Shown here piece after piece: positions 42,377 through 51,165 of a stretch of 64,000 nt of DNA. This stretch comes from Candidatus Poribacteria bacterium (GTDB lineage Bacteria > Poribacteria > WGA-4E > PCPOR2b): NCBI GenBank assembly GCA_965215015.1, contig OZ244042.1, forward strand, positions 2,336,001 through 2,400,000. The letters run 5' to 3'. The notes beneath the pieces are model-generated. The model did no database searches. It was given only the letters and a program-made list of their open reading frames with translations, and was not told where the DNA came from. Within the stretch, counting starts at the first letter, position 1. Each line of letters starts with the position of its first letter. The position numbers and the translations under genes are program-made.

Positions 42377-43189
42377 CTATCCATCTTGAGAAATTTTGGT
42401 GCTTTCTGGTTGAGAATCTAAGTGCTTGTGTAACCGCTTTTGGAGCTGCCGGACAGCTGCATTCTTCCGGGAAGCAACAGTACCAACAGGGCACCGAGCT
42501 ATCTCAGCAACTTCTTGGTATGATAACCCTTGTAATTCTGTTAAGACAAAGACTAACCGATGCTCTTCGGACAGGTCGCCAATCGCCGATTGGATGGCTT
42601 CATCTGCCTCTCTAGCAATGGCCGTTTCCTCCGGCAAATATCGGTTATCTGCAATCTCTTCTGATAAGTTATAATCACTGCTGCTATCATTAGCAATGGG
42701 AGCCTCCAGCGAAGAGGTGTAGGGGGTTCGTTGATCTTTAGCAATCTGCTTCAAACAGACATTCTTTGCAATGTGATAAAGGAAAGTGGTAAACTTGGCA
42801 AGCGGTTGATAGGTCGGTGCGCTGCGCCAAAGGCGCAAAAACGTTTCTTGACACAAATCCTCCGCAAGCGTACGATTGTTCACGAAACGATAAATAAAGT
42901 TCAATGTGTTGGTATAGTGACGTTTGGTTAATATTTCAAATGCTGCGCTATTTCCTTCTTTGACGGATAACATTAGATTTTCATCGGATCGTCTCACGCT
43001 CGTCTCCTTTGGATTTCTCCTCGTTGCACGGCAGGTAGAACCCAGCGAAGCGTCCAATCTGATTAAGCCAATATAATCAGATCTCTGTGCTCCGGAGTCA
43101 CCTGCCAATTCAGCCGGAATCTTGTCGTAGCCTGTGCCTTTCTCGTAATCGTGCTCTGGCCCAAAATCGAATGTTGAAGTACCTGCCAC
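42377..43189 (-). CDS. ECF sigma-70 family RNA polymerase sigma factor (start 43189 or 42997)
   Basis: SDENLM, AEDLCQETFLRLW, FTTFLYHIAKN, LSYQEVAEIARCPVGTVASR; two GTG starts each preceded by AAGGAGAC. Confidence 0.9.
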   Translation of the reverse strand: MAGTSTFDFGPEHDYEKGTGYDKIPAELAGDSGAQRSDYIGLIRLDASLGSTCRATRRNPKETSVRRSDENLMLSVKEGNSAAFEILTKRHYTNTLNFIYRFVNNRTLAEDLCQETFLRLWRSAPTYQPLAKFTTFLYHIAKNVCLKQIAKDQRTPYTSSLEAPIANDSSSDYNLSEEIADNRYLPEETAIAREADEAIQSAIGDLSEEHRLVFVLTELQGLSYQEVAEIARCPVGTVASRKNAAVRQLQKRLHKHLDSQPESTKISQDG

Positions 43190-43839
43190 CTGCTGTCTCC
43201 TTTGGCGATAAAAACGTTGTTTCGGGAATCAATGGGGGAATCTTGTATGCCTTCCTGAACCCCCAATCTGTATCTCTATGAGCGACTGAGAGTTGAGCTA
43301 AACTAAATCCCTTTGATAGGTCAAGGATAGTCCTGCAACCTGAAGGATTATGTGATATCTCCTTCTGTTCCTCAGATCCGGTGGTTGTGTGATGGCGCGC
43401 AGTGTCTTGCGCGGAGGATTTGAAGGAGTTTCCCGGTGTTGCCTCGGGTGCTCTCTCTATCAGCGGATTCAACGCTCGGGTGCGTTTTGGTCCTGTATGG
43501 TTAAACATCTCTCATGTACCTCCTTTTTGGTTTATCAGTTAATAAGTTGAGAGTAAGAATCTGGAGAAAAATTATAGTGCTATCGGTTCCTGCATCTCAG
43601 GACTTCATCATTAACAACTATAGTATAACTCCAATGTTGCTAAAAACTTCATGAAAAAATTAAGATAATTTATTTAATGGATGTGCATAATTCGAGACAC
43701 ATTATAGCGGAATTCAAGCGAGGGTGCCTGCGTCAATCGTAGGGGCTTGGTTGCCAAGCTGGGACCCCACCCCCTACGCATTGAGAGGTGTTGAGAAGTA
43801 TACGTATCAAAACCTATTTATGAGCCCCCTCGGTTATTT

Positions 43840-44083
43840 AAGAGGGGCTCATAAAGTAGTAGGCACACTCGACGTGCCGTAAACCCCATAACCATTATGG
43901 CATATGGCTTGGCTAACGCTTAACTTTCATTAAACTCACACCCCTCATTGGGAAAAAGCAAAATATCCCCCTCCGTCGGTGGGGGATATTGCCTCATCTC
44001 CCGCCTGAGGCCCCTATCTGTATTCGTGTTTTCTGTGTCATCTGCTGCAGCCGCGATTCAGACAATAATTATGAGCACCCCTC
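43840..44083 (-). mobile_element. MITE copy, inverted relative to 42024
   Basis: AAGAGGGGCTCATAA...TTATGAGCACCCCTC; reverse complement aligns with 42024-42265. Confidence 0.82.
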
Positions 44084-44127
44084 ATTTATTTTATGCTAAC
44101 TCATTTACCTACATCTATTATTCTAAA

Positions 44128-44280
44128 TGTCTGAATTAGGATTTTCAGGATTAACCGCTTGAACCCCCTGCACCTTCTGGTTCTGAAAGGATCTAGGGGG
44201 TTCATTTGAACCCCTGCACATTCATGTTCTTAGCATGAATGTTGTAAGATCTTAACCGCTTTGAATGTTGACAAATCCCA
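44128..44280. repeat. palindromic module block 1 (upstream of recombinase)
   Basis: TGTCTGAATTAGGATTTTCAGGA, AACCGCTTGAACCCC, AGGATCTAGGGGGTTCATTTGAACCCC, CATTCATG-N6-CATGAATG. Confidence 0.85.
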
Positions 44281-44292
44281 AAGGAGACCATC

Positions 44293-45294
44293 ATGAATCC
44301 ATTAGCAGTCAAGCATATACCGCTTGAACCCCTCGTCTGCCGCCACGAGGACACACTGGATGAAAAGGGGCGCCTCAAAGATCTACAACCTTCTGGTTTG
44401 AAGCCAGAAGGCTTGAGGATCCTCCGTATCGCTGTGGCGTGGGATGCGTTATCGGAAAACACCAAGACGGCTTATCAGAAGGCGTATAAACGGCTTTCTC
44501 GCCGTAGCGTGGTTGTTGAAGATCTAACGGATGAATCACTCGCCTTGTGTATCTCGCAACTGGACGCCGATGGTCTATCGCCAGCCACGCTCTCACTTAC
44601 TGTCGCTTCGGTCAAGTGGTATTTCAAACATATCATGCGCTCTCCAGCCAGATGGACAACCACCGATAAGCGCCTGCTCACCATCAAGCGTGATACTGAG
44701 AACAGGGGCAATGGGCAAGTCGACGGTCTTTCGTGGGCGGATGTGTATTTCGTGTGCAGGTTCGCTGAATCTGAACAAAGCATCAAGGGCTATCGGGATT
44801 CTGCATTGATACGGCTCATGAGTGATTGCCTGTTGCGAATCTCTGAAGCGGTGGCAGTCAACCTTGAGGATATCCAAGAAAATGCCTTAATCGTCCAGTC
44901 GAGTAAGACGGATCAACAAGGCGAGGGTGTGGCGTTGTATATCGGGGATCGGACAATGCAGATGATACGCGGATACTGCACCGAAGCAAACATAACCACA
45001 GGGGCGTTGTTCAGGCGTATCGTGCGGGGCGATCATATCCAATCCACGAGGCTCACGGTCAATGGAGCTCGCTACGCTATCAAAGAATGGGCTTCTGTCG
45101 CTGGCATTGATGGCTTTATCTCTGGGCATTCGCTTCGTGTGGGGGCTGCGGTGTCTTTATCTCAAGCGGGGGCGTCGGTCGTGGAGATGCAACAAGCGGG
45201 CAGATGGAAATCACTACAGATGCCAGCGCATTATGCACGGGTAAAGGAAGCGGAAAAGGTGGCTGTGGCTCGGTATCGGTATAAAAAGGGGTAG
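44293..45294 (+). CDS. Cre-like tyrosine recombinase/integrase
   Basis: SENTKTAY SAM-like domain, RDSALI...LLRISEA, SSKTDQ, SGHSLRVG, QAGRWKS, PAHYAR (R-K-H-R-W-Y intact); SD AAAGGAG. Confidence 0.93.
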   Translation: MNPLAVKHIPLEPLVCRHEDTLDEKGRLKDLQPSGLKPEGLRILRIAVAWDALSENTKTAYQKAYKRLSRRSVVVEDLTDESLALCISQLDADGLSPATLSLTVASVKWYFKHIMRSPARWTTTDKRLLTIKRDTENRGNGQVDGLSWADVYFVCRFAESEQSIKGYRDSALIRLMSDCLLRISEAVAVNLEDIQENALIVQSSKTDQQGEGVALYIGDRTMQMIRGYCTEANITTGALFRRIVRGDHIQSTRLTVNGARYAIKEWASVAGIDGFISGHSLRVGAAVSLSQAGASVVEMQQAGRWKSLQMPAHYARVKEAEKVAVARYRYKKG

Positions 45295-45295
45295 A

Positions 45296-45394
45296 AAGGA
45301 TCTATCACATTCGGACTTGTTAGGGCTCGCCCTAACAAGCTGTTTTTAACATGAATGTTGAAGATCTAGGATTGTTAGGCTGGAATCTAACAAT
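45296..45394. repeat. palindromic module block 2
   Basis: AGATCT-bounded CATTC...ATGAATG module with nested CTTGTTAG-N8-CTAACAAG, followed by GATTGTTAG-N8-CTAACAATC. Confidence 0.85.
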
Positions 45395-45432
45395 CTTCTG
45401 TTATTTTACCCTTTTTCGCCATTCGTTTCTAC

Positions 45433-45494
45433 CTAAAACAAAAGGGCTGCGCGATTCAGGATTACCGATGATGCAGCCCTTTTTCTGTTTTTAG
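45433..45494. terminator. hairpin with U-tract upstream of the Cys-rich peptide gene
   Basis: AAAAGGGCTGC-loop-GCAGCCCTTTTT. Confidence 0.5.
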
Positions 45495-45531
45495 ATTCTG
45501 TTTTGGGCGGAACGATGGCAATAAGGAGAAG

Positions 45532-45807
45532 ATGATGTTTTCAACAAAAAGACGGTTGATGGCTATGGTCCTAATCGTTGGGTTCTTGGTAGCTAGTTTT
45601 GGGCTGTTCCCACCGCCGGCTTACAGCGATGATTGTTCAACAGCCACAAACAACTGTTGTGCTGCTATCGCTTTAGCAGCCTATTATTGTAACCTATATG
45701 GTAGTGGCAGTGGGGTGTGTGATGCATGGCAAAGGTACGCCGGGCAGAAGTGTTCAACCGCGGCTGAGATATGTGGCTATTCTGCCTATCATCTGTGCTA
45801 TAATTAG
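45532..45807 (+). CDS. secreted cysteine-rich small protein
   Basis: SD TAAGGAG; signal peptide ending PAYS; 59-aa mature part with 8 Cys. Confidence 0.8.
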   Translation: MMFSTKRRLMAMVLIVGFLVASFGLFPPPAYSDDCSTATNNCCAAIALAAYYCNLYGSGSGVCDAWQRYAGQKCSTAAEICGYSAYHLCYN

Positions 45808-45857
45808 CCCTCACTGTTTTCTCCCGCTGTAGCAGAGATTTTTTCCCTTACCTTTCC

Positions 45858-45984
45858 AAAAGATCTTAGGGGTTCAAGAGGTTCCGCGGTTTTAAAACCG
45901 CTTGAACCCCTTCCTCTTAACCCCTGCACATTCATGTTTTAAACCGCTAACAATCCCTCACCTAACAACCGCACCTAACAGGCG
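45858..45984. repeat. palindromic module block 3
   Basis: GGTTCCGCGGTTTTAAAACCGCTTGAACCCCT (45880-45911) identical to 50951-50982; CCCCTGCACATTCATGTT; three CTAACA half-sites. Confidence 0.85.
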
Positions 45985-46023
45985 TGGTTATAAATCTTAT
46001 TGAAACATAAAGGGAGATCGCCG

Positions 46024-47163
46024 ATGAAAACCAAGTTGATACCGAATCTTTCAATGAAGTTGAAAAAATCAATCTATGTGTCCGGTGCCCTGTTGGCAGG
46101 AATCGTCGTTTGTATGTCTGTATTTTTTGGGCTTCGGGAGCATAAGGAGAGGGAACTTCAGGGGAAAAGTAACTTCACTCTCCAAAACAATGGGATCGCC
46201 GCCGCGCCCCTAACAATGCCGCGTGGGAATTCAGAGGAAGAGTTACAGACGCCCGCAGAAAGAATTGTGCAGCACACAAAAAATAATTTTGTGTCTCTGT
46301 ATAGCGAAGATGAACTTGCAACGCAAGAGAGACAAAAAATGCTTGAGGTTATGAATTCGCCGGAGTACCTTAAATACATGAAAAACGCGCTGGAAAAAGG
46401 TTATAGGTTCCGTCATTCTGCTGAATTTTGGGAATCACACGGGTTTCCGTTAGAGAGGGATATGTTTAAGGATGCCTTCCGAAAAGAGTTTCCGACTGGG
46501 GTGCCTGAGATGCGTCTGAAAATGGCGAATCTATTTCTTTCCCAAGAACCGGTAGACCTGACTAACCCAAGCGCAGCGGCTTTGCAACGTCAAGAGGTGT
46601 TCCTTAAGTTTATCAAAGAAGAAGGTCGAAATATAGGCTGGCTGGGGGGACAGTTCGGGATCGATCTTGATGGTGCTATGCTAGCAGGGTGGGAAGAAGG
46701 ATCTGAGAGCACCCCTGCTTTTGTCTGGATAACTGATGTTCAAAGACATGCGGCGAGTATTGTCGCAGCCGCAGAAACGACCGGAGTCGATACACCTGAA
46801 GCACAGGTATCAGCTCCTTCATGGGATATGTCCTCCGTCATGGAAAGCCCCTCTGCATCTGATAGCGAAATGTCAGTGCCCCTCCCCCCGCTTGATACAT
46901 CAACTGACGCCGAGATTGAGGCAGCCACGAGACCTCAACCGCTCGATATGCCCCAAAATCACCGCCCTGATATGCCGGGCGAGATTCAAAGTAATCTTGA
47001 AGCATCCCTGAAATCGCAGTTTTCACCAGAGCAGTTCGATCGGGCGATGTCTACTTTAGAGCAGTATGGACCCGAAGAAGGGCTCCGCCGTCTACGTCAA
47101 AGCGATCCAGACTTTGCCAAGCAAGTAGAACAACATCGTAACCGAGAGGAGGTTTCCAAATGA
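46024..47163 (+). CDS. membrane-anchored hypothetical protein
   Basis: N-terminal TM helix, Pro/Ser-rich linker, C-terminal FSPEQFDRAMSTLEQYGPEEGLRRLR; overlaps next start (ATGA). Confidence 0.75.
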   Translation: MKTKLIPNLSMKLKKSIYVSGALLAGIVVCMSVFFGLREHKERELQGKSNFTLQNNGIAAAPLTMPRGNSEEELQTPAERIVQHTKNNFVSLYSEDELATQERQKMLEVMNSPEYLKYMKNALEKGYRFRHSAEFWESHGFPLERDMFKDAFRKEFPTGVPEMRLKMANLFLSQEPVDLTNPSAAALQRQEVFLKFIKEEGRNIGWLGGQFGIDLDGAMLAGWEEGSESTPAFVWITDVQRHAASIVAAAETTGVDTPEAQVSAPSWDMSSVMESPSASDSEMSVPLPPLDTSTDAEIEAATRPQPLDMPQNHRPDMPGEIQSNLEASLKSQFSPEQFDRAMSTLEQYGPEEGLRRLRQSDPDFAKQVEQHRNREEVSK

Positions 47164-47393
47164 AAGTGTTTATGATAGCGTGGGTAGTGTTTTGTTTCTT
47201 GGTAATTGCGGGGTTGTTCATTGCCTATGCAACAGACAACTTTCCCGGTGTCCCCGCTCCCCAACAAGTTGATATGGAAACAGAGGAAGAGTGTTCACCA
47301 TGTGAGAAGAATCTGAAACGTCTCAAAGAGGCGAGGGAACGGTGGGAGCGTGAGCGTAAAGCCCAAGCCGTTGACCGTGGAGATGCGGAATGA
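47160..47393 (+). CDS. small membrane/secreted protein with CxxC
   Basis: SD GAGGAGG, ATGA coupling on both sides, TM helix, EECSPCEK. Confidence 0.7.
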   Translation: MKVFMIAWVVFCFLVIAGLFIAYATDNFPGVPAPQQVDMETEEECSPCEKNLKRLKEARERWERERKAQAVDRGDAE

Positions 47394-47908
47394 ATCACAA
47401 GCAGAAGTATTTCTACGCCTCATTGGGCGCGGTGATTATGCTAGTTGGGATTTTGGTTGGTTCTATCGTTTCACCCCCTCTGATCGCACAGCGGAAGGAC
47501 ATGCCTGGGGATATAAAGTGTACCTCACTAATAGTGGTTGATAAGTCAGGTGAGCCTGCGATTGTCTTACGCACCGATGAGGCTTTGGGTAACGGTGTCG
47601 TCCTTCACAATCCTGTGGGTACTCCTGCGGTGCTCTTGGTCGCTGATGAAACGGGAAACAGTATCGCTGTTGCCGATAAGTCAGGAGAGGCTGCAGTGCT
47701 GTTACGTACGAGTGAATTAGCGAATCGTGTTATCGTCCGCAGTCCTTTAGGCAAAGATGGGGTTCGTCTTTCTGCGGGTAAAGTTGCCAATCGGGTAACG
47801 GTATCCAATCCTGAGGAGGCAAATGCTGTGCAGTTATACGCCGATGAAGTGGCCAATCGTGTTACCGTTCACAATCGGGTAGGTATCATCAGGTGGCAAG
47901 CACCGTAA
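47390..47908 (+). CDS. membrane-anchored beta-repeat hypothetical protein
   Basis: TM helix then five ~22-aa repeats (VxDKSGEPAIVLRTDE..GN). Confidence 0.75.
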   Translation: MNHKQKYFYASLGAVIMLVGILVGSIVSPPLIAQRKDMPGDIKCTSLIVVDKSGEPAIVLRTDEALGNGVVLHNPVGTPAVLLVADETGNSIAVADKSGEAAVLLRTSELANRVIVRSPLGKDGVRLSAGKVANRVTVSNPEEANAVQLYADEVANRVTVHNRVGIIRWQAP

Positions 47909-47912
47909 CCGT

Positions 47913-48133
47913 CAATCCTGATAATTTGTCTGAATCAGGATGGCTTGTTAGGCTTTGCCTAACAAGCGTCAGGATTAAAGGATTTTCAGGAGATTGTTAG
48001 GATCTTGTAGGCTGCCTATCAGACGCGCTAACAGGATTGTTAGGTATCACCTAACAATCTGCTAACAGACGGTTCTTAACCGCCTGAAGGATTTACCACA
48101 TTCATGTTTCAAACATGAATGTTGACAAATCCC
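47913..48133. repeat. palindromic module block 4
   Basis: TGTCTGAATCAGGAT module interrupted by GCTTGTTAGGC-TTT-GCCTAACAAGC; further TGTTAG/CTAACA hairpins; ACATTCATGTTT-C-AAACATGAATGT. Confidence 0.85.
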
Positions 48134-48157
48134 ATAAGTTTGGGGGAAGATTTAACC

Positions 48158-49011
48158 ATGAAATTAAAAAGCGAAAAATTACTTCTGCTTCTACCAATCG
48201 TTGTTATTGCAAATTCGATGGCACTATATCTTTGGATAAAACTTGGGTGGACTGTACCGACTCTCATTGCCACATTATTTGGGATTGGTACGATATTATC
48301 CTTCGTTTTGATTAATCGATTCTATGAATACCTACAAGACAATAGGTATTTCATAATTGGAAGTGCGATTTTTGTATTTATGGTAGGGATGTATCTCTGG
48401 AGAGGTAAAGGAATTCCCTATATCGGTATATCATTTGCCTTGCTTGGTATGTGTCTTTTATTTATGGTGGTCTTGAAGGGGCTGTGGCGGAATATTTGCT
48501 GTATCGCTGCTCTGGTTCTCTGTGGAATCGTTTTCATCTTTGGAGATAAAGAGGTTAACCAGGCCCCCACTCCTGCCATAGAGGAAGTCGGGGTGATAAA
48601 GCCGGGGAGTGCCGCCGCCGTTTCACGCGACATGGCCGATATGATGCACCGGATATTCCCCTCTGAACAACTTGAGGACCCAGCGGTTCAGGAAATAATA
48701 GAGGTTATAGCCTCCGATTCATTTCAGAAAAAGTTGAAACAACACAATCCGAAGACAATGGATGAATACATCCATTTCATTGTGTCCCACGGATTTACTG
48801 ATCTTTCAGAGGCAGATTTTCACAAAGTCCTTGATGCTGGGTACCAAGTTGCCGAAGCGGATTACAAAAAAGATCTTCAACATTCATGTTAAAAACATGA
48901 ATGTGATAGATCCTTGCCAAAAACTCTGGTAAAACCCCTGAGACTGAAGACGATGTGATGAAACACCGATTGGTTACAGCGATGGAGGAGTTCGGGTTGC
49001 TGGGGGCATAG
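48158..49011 (+). pseudogene. multi-TM hypothetical protein interrupted by a 47-bp palindromic insert
   Basis: About five hydrophobic segments; stop at 48892 lies inside insert 48869-48915; removing it restores the frame (YKAKNSGKTPETEDDVMKHRL...) to 49011. Confidence 0.7.
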
Positions 49012-49262
49012 AGGATTTTATGAAGGATCGTAATAATGTTACGCATTTAATAGTTTTAGACTTAACAATCTATTGTTTTTGCTATTGTTTTTTTTGATAT
49101 TCTATGAGTGAACTTGCCAATCGTTGTGAATAATTGATGTCGATTCTAAGTCGCCTTACCTATAGGAGCCATTTGATGTCTAACCTGTTGCACAACACAG
49201 TTTCGCTGTGCATGGCGAAATTTCTGACTCACCATCTACATGGCAAAAGGAGGTGAGCCTTT

Positions 49263-49448
49263 ATGCCACGCATACAACGCGTTAAGTCTGACTCGCGTAA
49301 AAATGGCACACTCGTCAGAACTCATTTACGGACGGACCCTGACGGAAATCGGTATAATCATCTCAAACCACCCACCCAAAAGCACATTCAAGATTATTTT
49401 GACAGGAAACTGGGAATACGCAGCCCTCGCCCCCGACGGCGCAGATAA
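49263..49448 (+). CDS. small basic passenger protein in IS1595
   Basis: SD AAGGAGGTGA; VKSDSRKNGTLVRTHLRTDPDGNRYN; conserved in second copy. Confidence 0.7.
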   Translation: MPRIQRVKSDSRKNGTLVRTHLRTDPDGNRYNHLKPPTQKHIQDYFDRKLGIRSPRPRRRR

Positions 49449-49463
49449 TTCTATCCGGGGATG

Positions 49464-50348
49464 CTACACAAAACACTCCCTGATAAACCTCTCAAACCCC
49501 TTGGGGCGGCCCCGATTGTTCCACTTAAAACAGGCTTCGGCCAGGTAAAGTGGTGTCCATTTCTTACTGTAATGATGATGCGTTCCGTGAAATGCTCGCT
49601 TGAGCATTGACCCAAACCCCTCAATCGTGTTCGTATGAGCGATGCCTTTGACATACTCTTTCTCACCGTGCTTCACCGTCAAATGAGGCATTAATTCCGA
49701 AGCACCTTCGTAACTCTGGAACTCATCTGTCATGAGAACCGATTGCTGGGGGTTAACAACATCTTTGATAAACCCAATAACACCCTGACGGGTTAAATCT
49801 GTGGCGATACGGGCAATAACCTTACCCGTTCGTTCTATTGCACCGATAACCGCTGTCTTTGCTGTCCCTCTACCCCGTTTCGGTGCAGGAGGCAGGTTGT
49901 CGTCATCATCTTTTCTTCTGCGAGGTTTGCCCCCCAAGTAAGTTTCATCACATTCGATAATGCCTTTCAAGAAAGTGGTGCCCCGGCATTCCATCTCTTT
50001 CCTTATTCGTTGCATCATATACCAGGTAGACATCTGATTCAGCCCAAGATGCCGGGCAAGTTGACAACTGGACAGGCTTTTCTTGGCATCTACCATCAAG
50101 GCGATCCCAACAAACCACTTAGTAAGTGAAATCTTAGTCCCTTGAAACAGCGTGCCAGGCAAAACATTGAAACTCGACTTGCATAGGTGGCAATTCCATC
50201 GTCCAATTTTACCATTTTCACGTTTTCTTGCCACTCTATCACTCCCACAATGGGGACACTCCGGAGCATCTCCCCATCGCACTTGTTCGAGATGCTTAAT
50301 ACAATTTTCATGAGTCGAAAATCGCTCGACAATCTCAAGTAAATTCAT
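49464..50348 (-). CDS. IS1595 (ISXO2-like) DDE transposase
   Basis: CPHC...CHLC zinc ribbon, SSCQLARHLG HTH, ECDETYLGG, KRGRG, MTDE, HTNTIEG, YLAE. Confidence 0.93.
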   Translation of the reverse strand: MNLLEIVERFSTHENCIKHLEQVRWGDAPECPHCGSDRVARKRENGKIGRWNCHLCKSSFNVLPGTLFQGTKISLTKWFVGIALMVDAKKSLSSCQLARHLGLNQMSTWYMMQRIRKEMECRGTTFLKGIIECDETYLGGKPRRRKDDDDNLPPAPKRGRGTAKTAVIGAIERTGKVIARIATDLTRQGVIGFIKDVVNPQQSVLMTDEFQSYEGASELMPHLTVKHGEKEYVKGIAHTNTIEGFGSMLKRAFHGTHHHYSKKWTPLYLAEACFKWNNRGRPKGFERFIRECFV

Positions 50349-50471
50349 ACTTGACTCCTTTATTCATGCGGGTTGAGACGATATGATTATCTCAAAAATA
50401 TGATTATCTCAAGAATACGCCAAAAAGTCAAGCCTTTATCTGTTAAGTGCGTAATTATTTTTGTTCTATGT

Positions 50472-50684
50472 TCATTTTTTAGGGCAGGTGGGTTTCCCAC
50501 TTGCCCTTCTTCTCTTTAGGCAGTCGGTCATCTTTTCGACGGACTGCCGTTTTCGTCCGCTACGAGTAACCATCTTTGGCAAAGGGATGGTGTCAGGTAG
50601 CATACGAATCAGTTGCCCGACAAATCCTAACACCATGATGGCAACCAGAACTGTGTGGGATGGGCTCCATGCAGAAAAGTCCAT
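50472..50684 (-). CDS. small membrane protein, probably truncated or chimeric
   Basis: SD AAAGGAG; MDFSAWSPSHTVLVAIMVLGFVGQ TM segment followed by low-information tail. Confidence 0.4.
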   Translation of the reverse strand: MDFSAWSPSHTVLVAIMVLGFVGQLIRMLPDTIPLPKMVTRSGRKRQSVEKMTDCLKRRRASGKPTCPKK

Positions 50685-50736
50685 AAGTGTCTCCTTTTTG
50701 TGGATCTCAATTGCTTGCAGAGGTTGTAAACCTAGT

Positions 50737-51162
50737 TGTCTGAATCAGGATTTTCAAACGCCTGTTAGCTCTCTGTTAGCGGAACGCTACCAGACGCGCT
50801 ACCAGACGGGATTATGAGATTTTCAGGATGAGGAGCTTGGGGGATTATACTTCATTCGGTTATTAACAGAAGCCTAACAACCCCTCTGTTAGCGAAAGCG
50901 CTAATAGCTTGTGAGGCTTTGAAGGTGCAGGGGTTCAAGCGGTTTTCAGGGGTTCCGCGGTTTTAAAACCGCTTGAACCCCTACCGCGGAACCCCCTAGA
51001 TCTTCTGACAAGAGGCTAACAAGCGGTTCTAAACCTGGTCCCCCTCCTGAGAATCCTTTAATCCTGAGAATCCTGATTCAGACAATTACCAGGATTGTGA
51101 GGTGTTCACTGCCTGTTAGCGCGTCTGATAGGCTTTGCCTAACAGAGAGGCTAACAGACGGT
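50737..51162. repeat. palindromic module block 5
   Basis: Two TGTCTGAATCAGGA modules in opposite orientation, multiple nested CTGTTAG/CTAACAG hairpins, GGGGTTC/GAACCCC modules. Confidence 0.85.
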
Positions 51163-51165
51163 TGG

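Larger units (their letters stand above)
49042..50451 (-). mobile_element. IS1595-family insertion sequence with passenger ORF
   Basis: Imperfect TIR CGCATTTAATAG / CTGTTAAGTGCG; both ends shared with 53780-54239. Confidence 0.85.
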
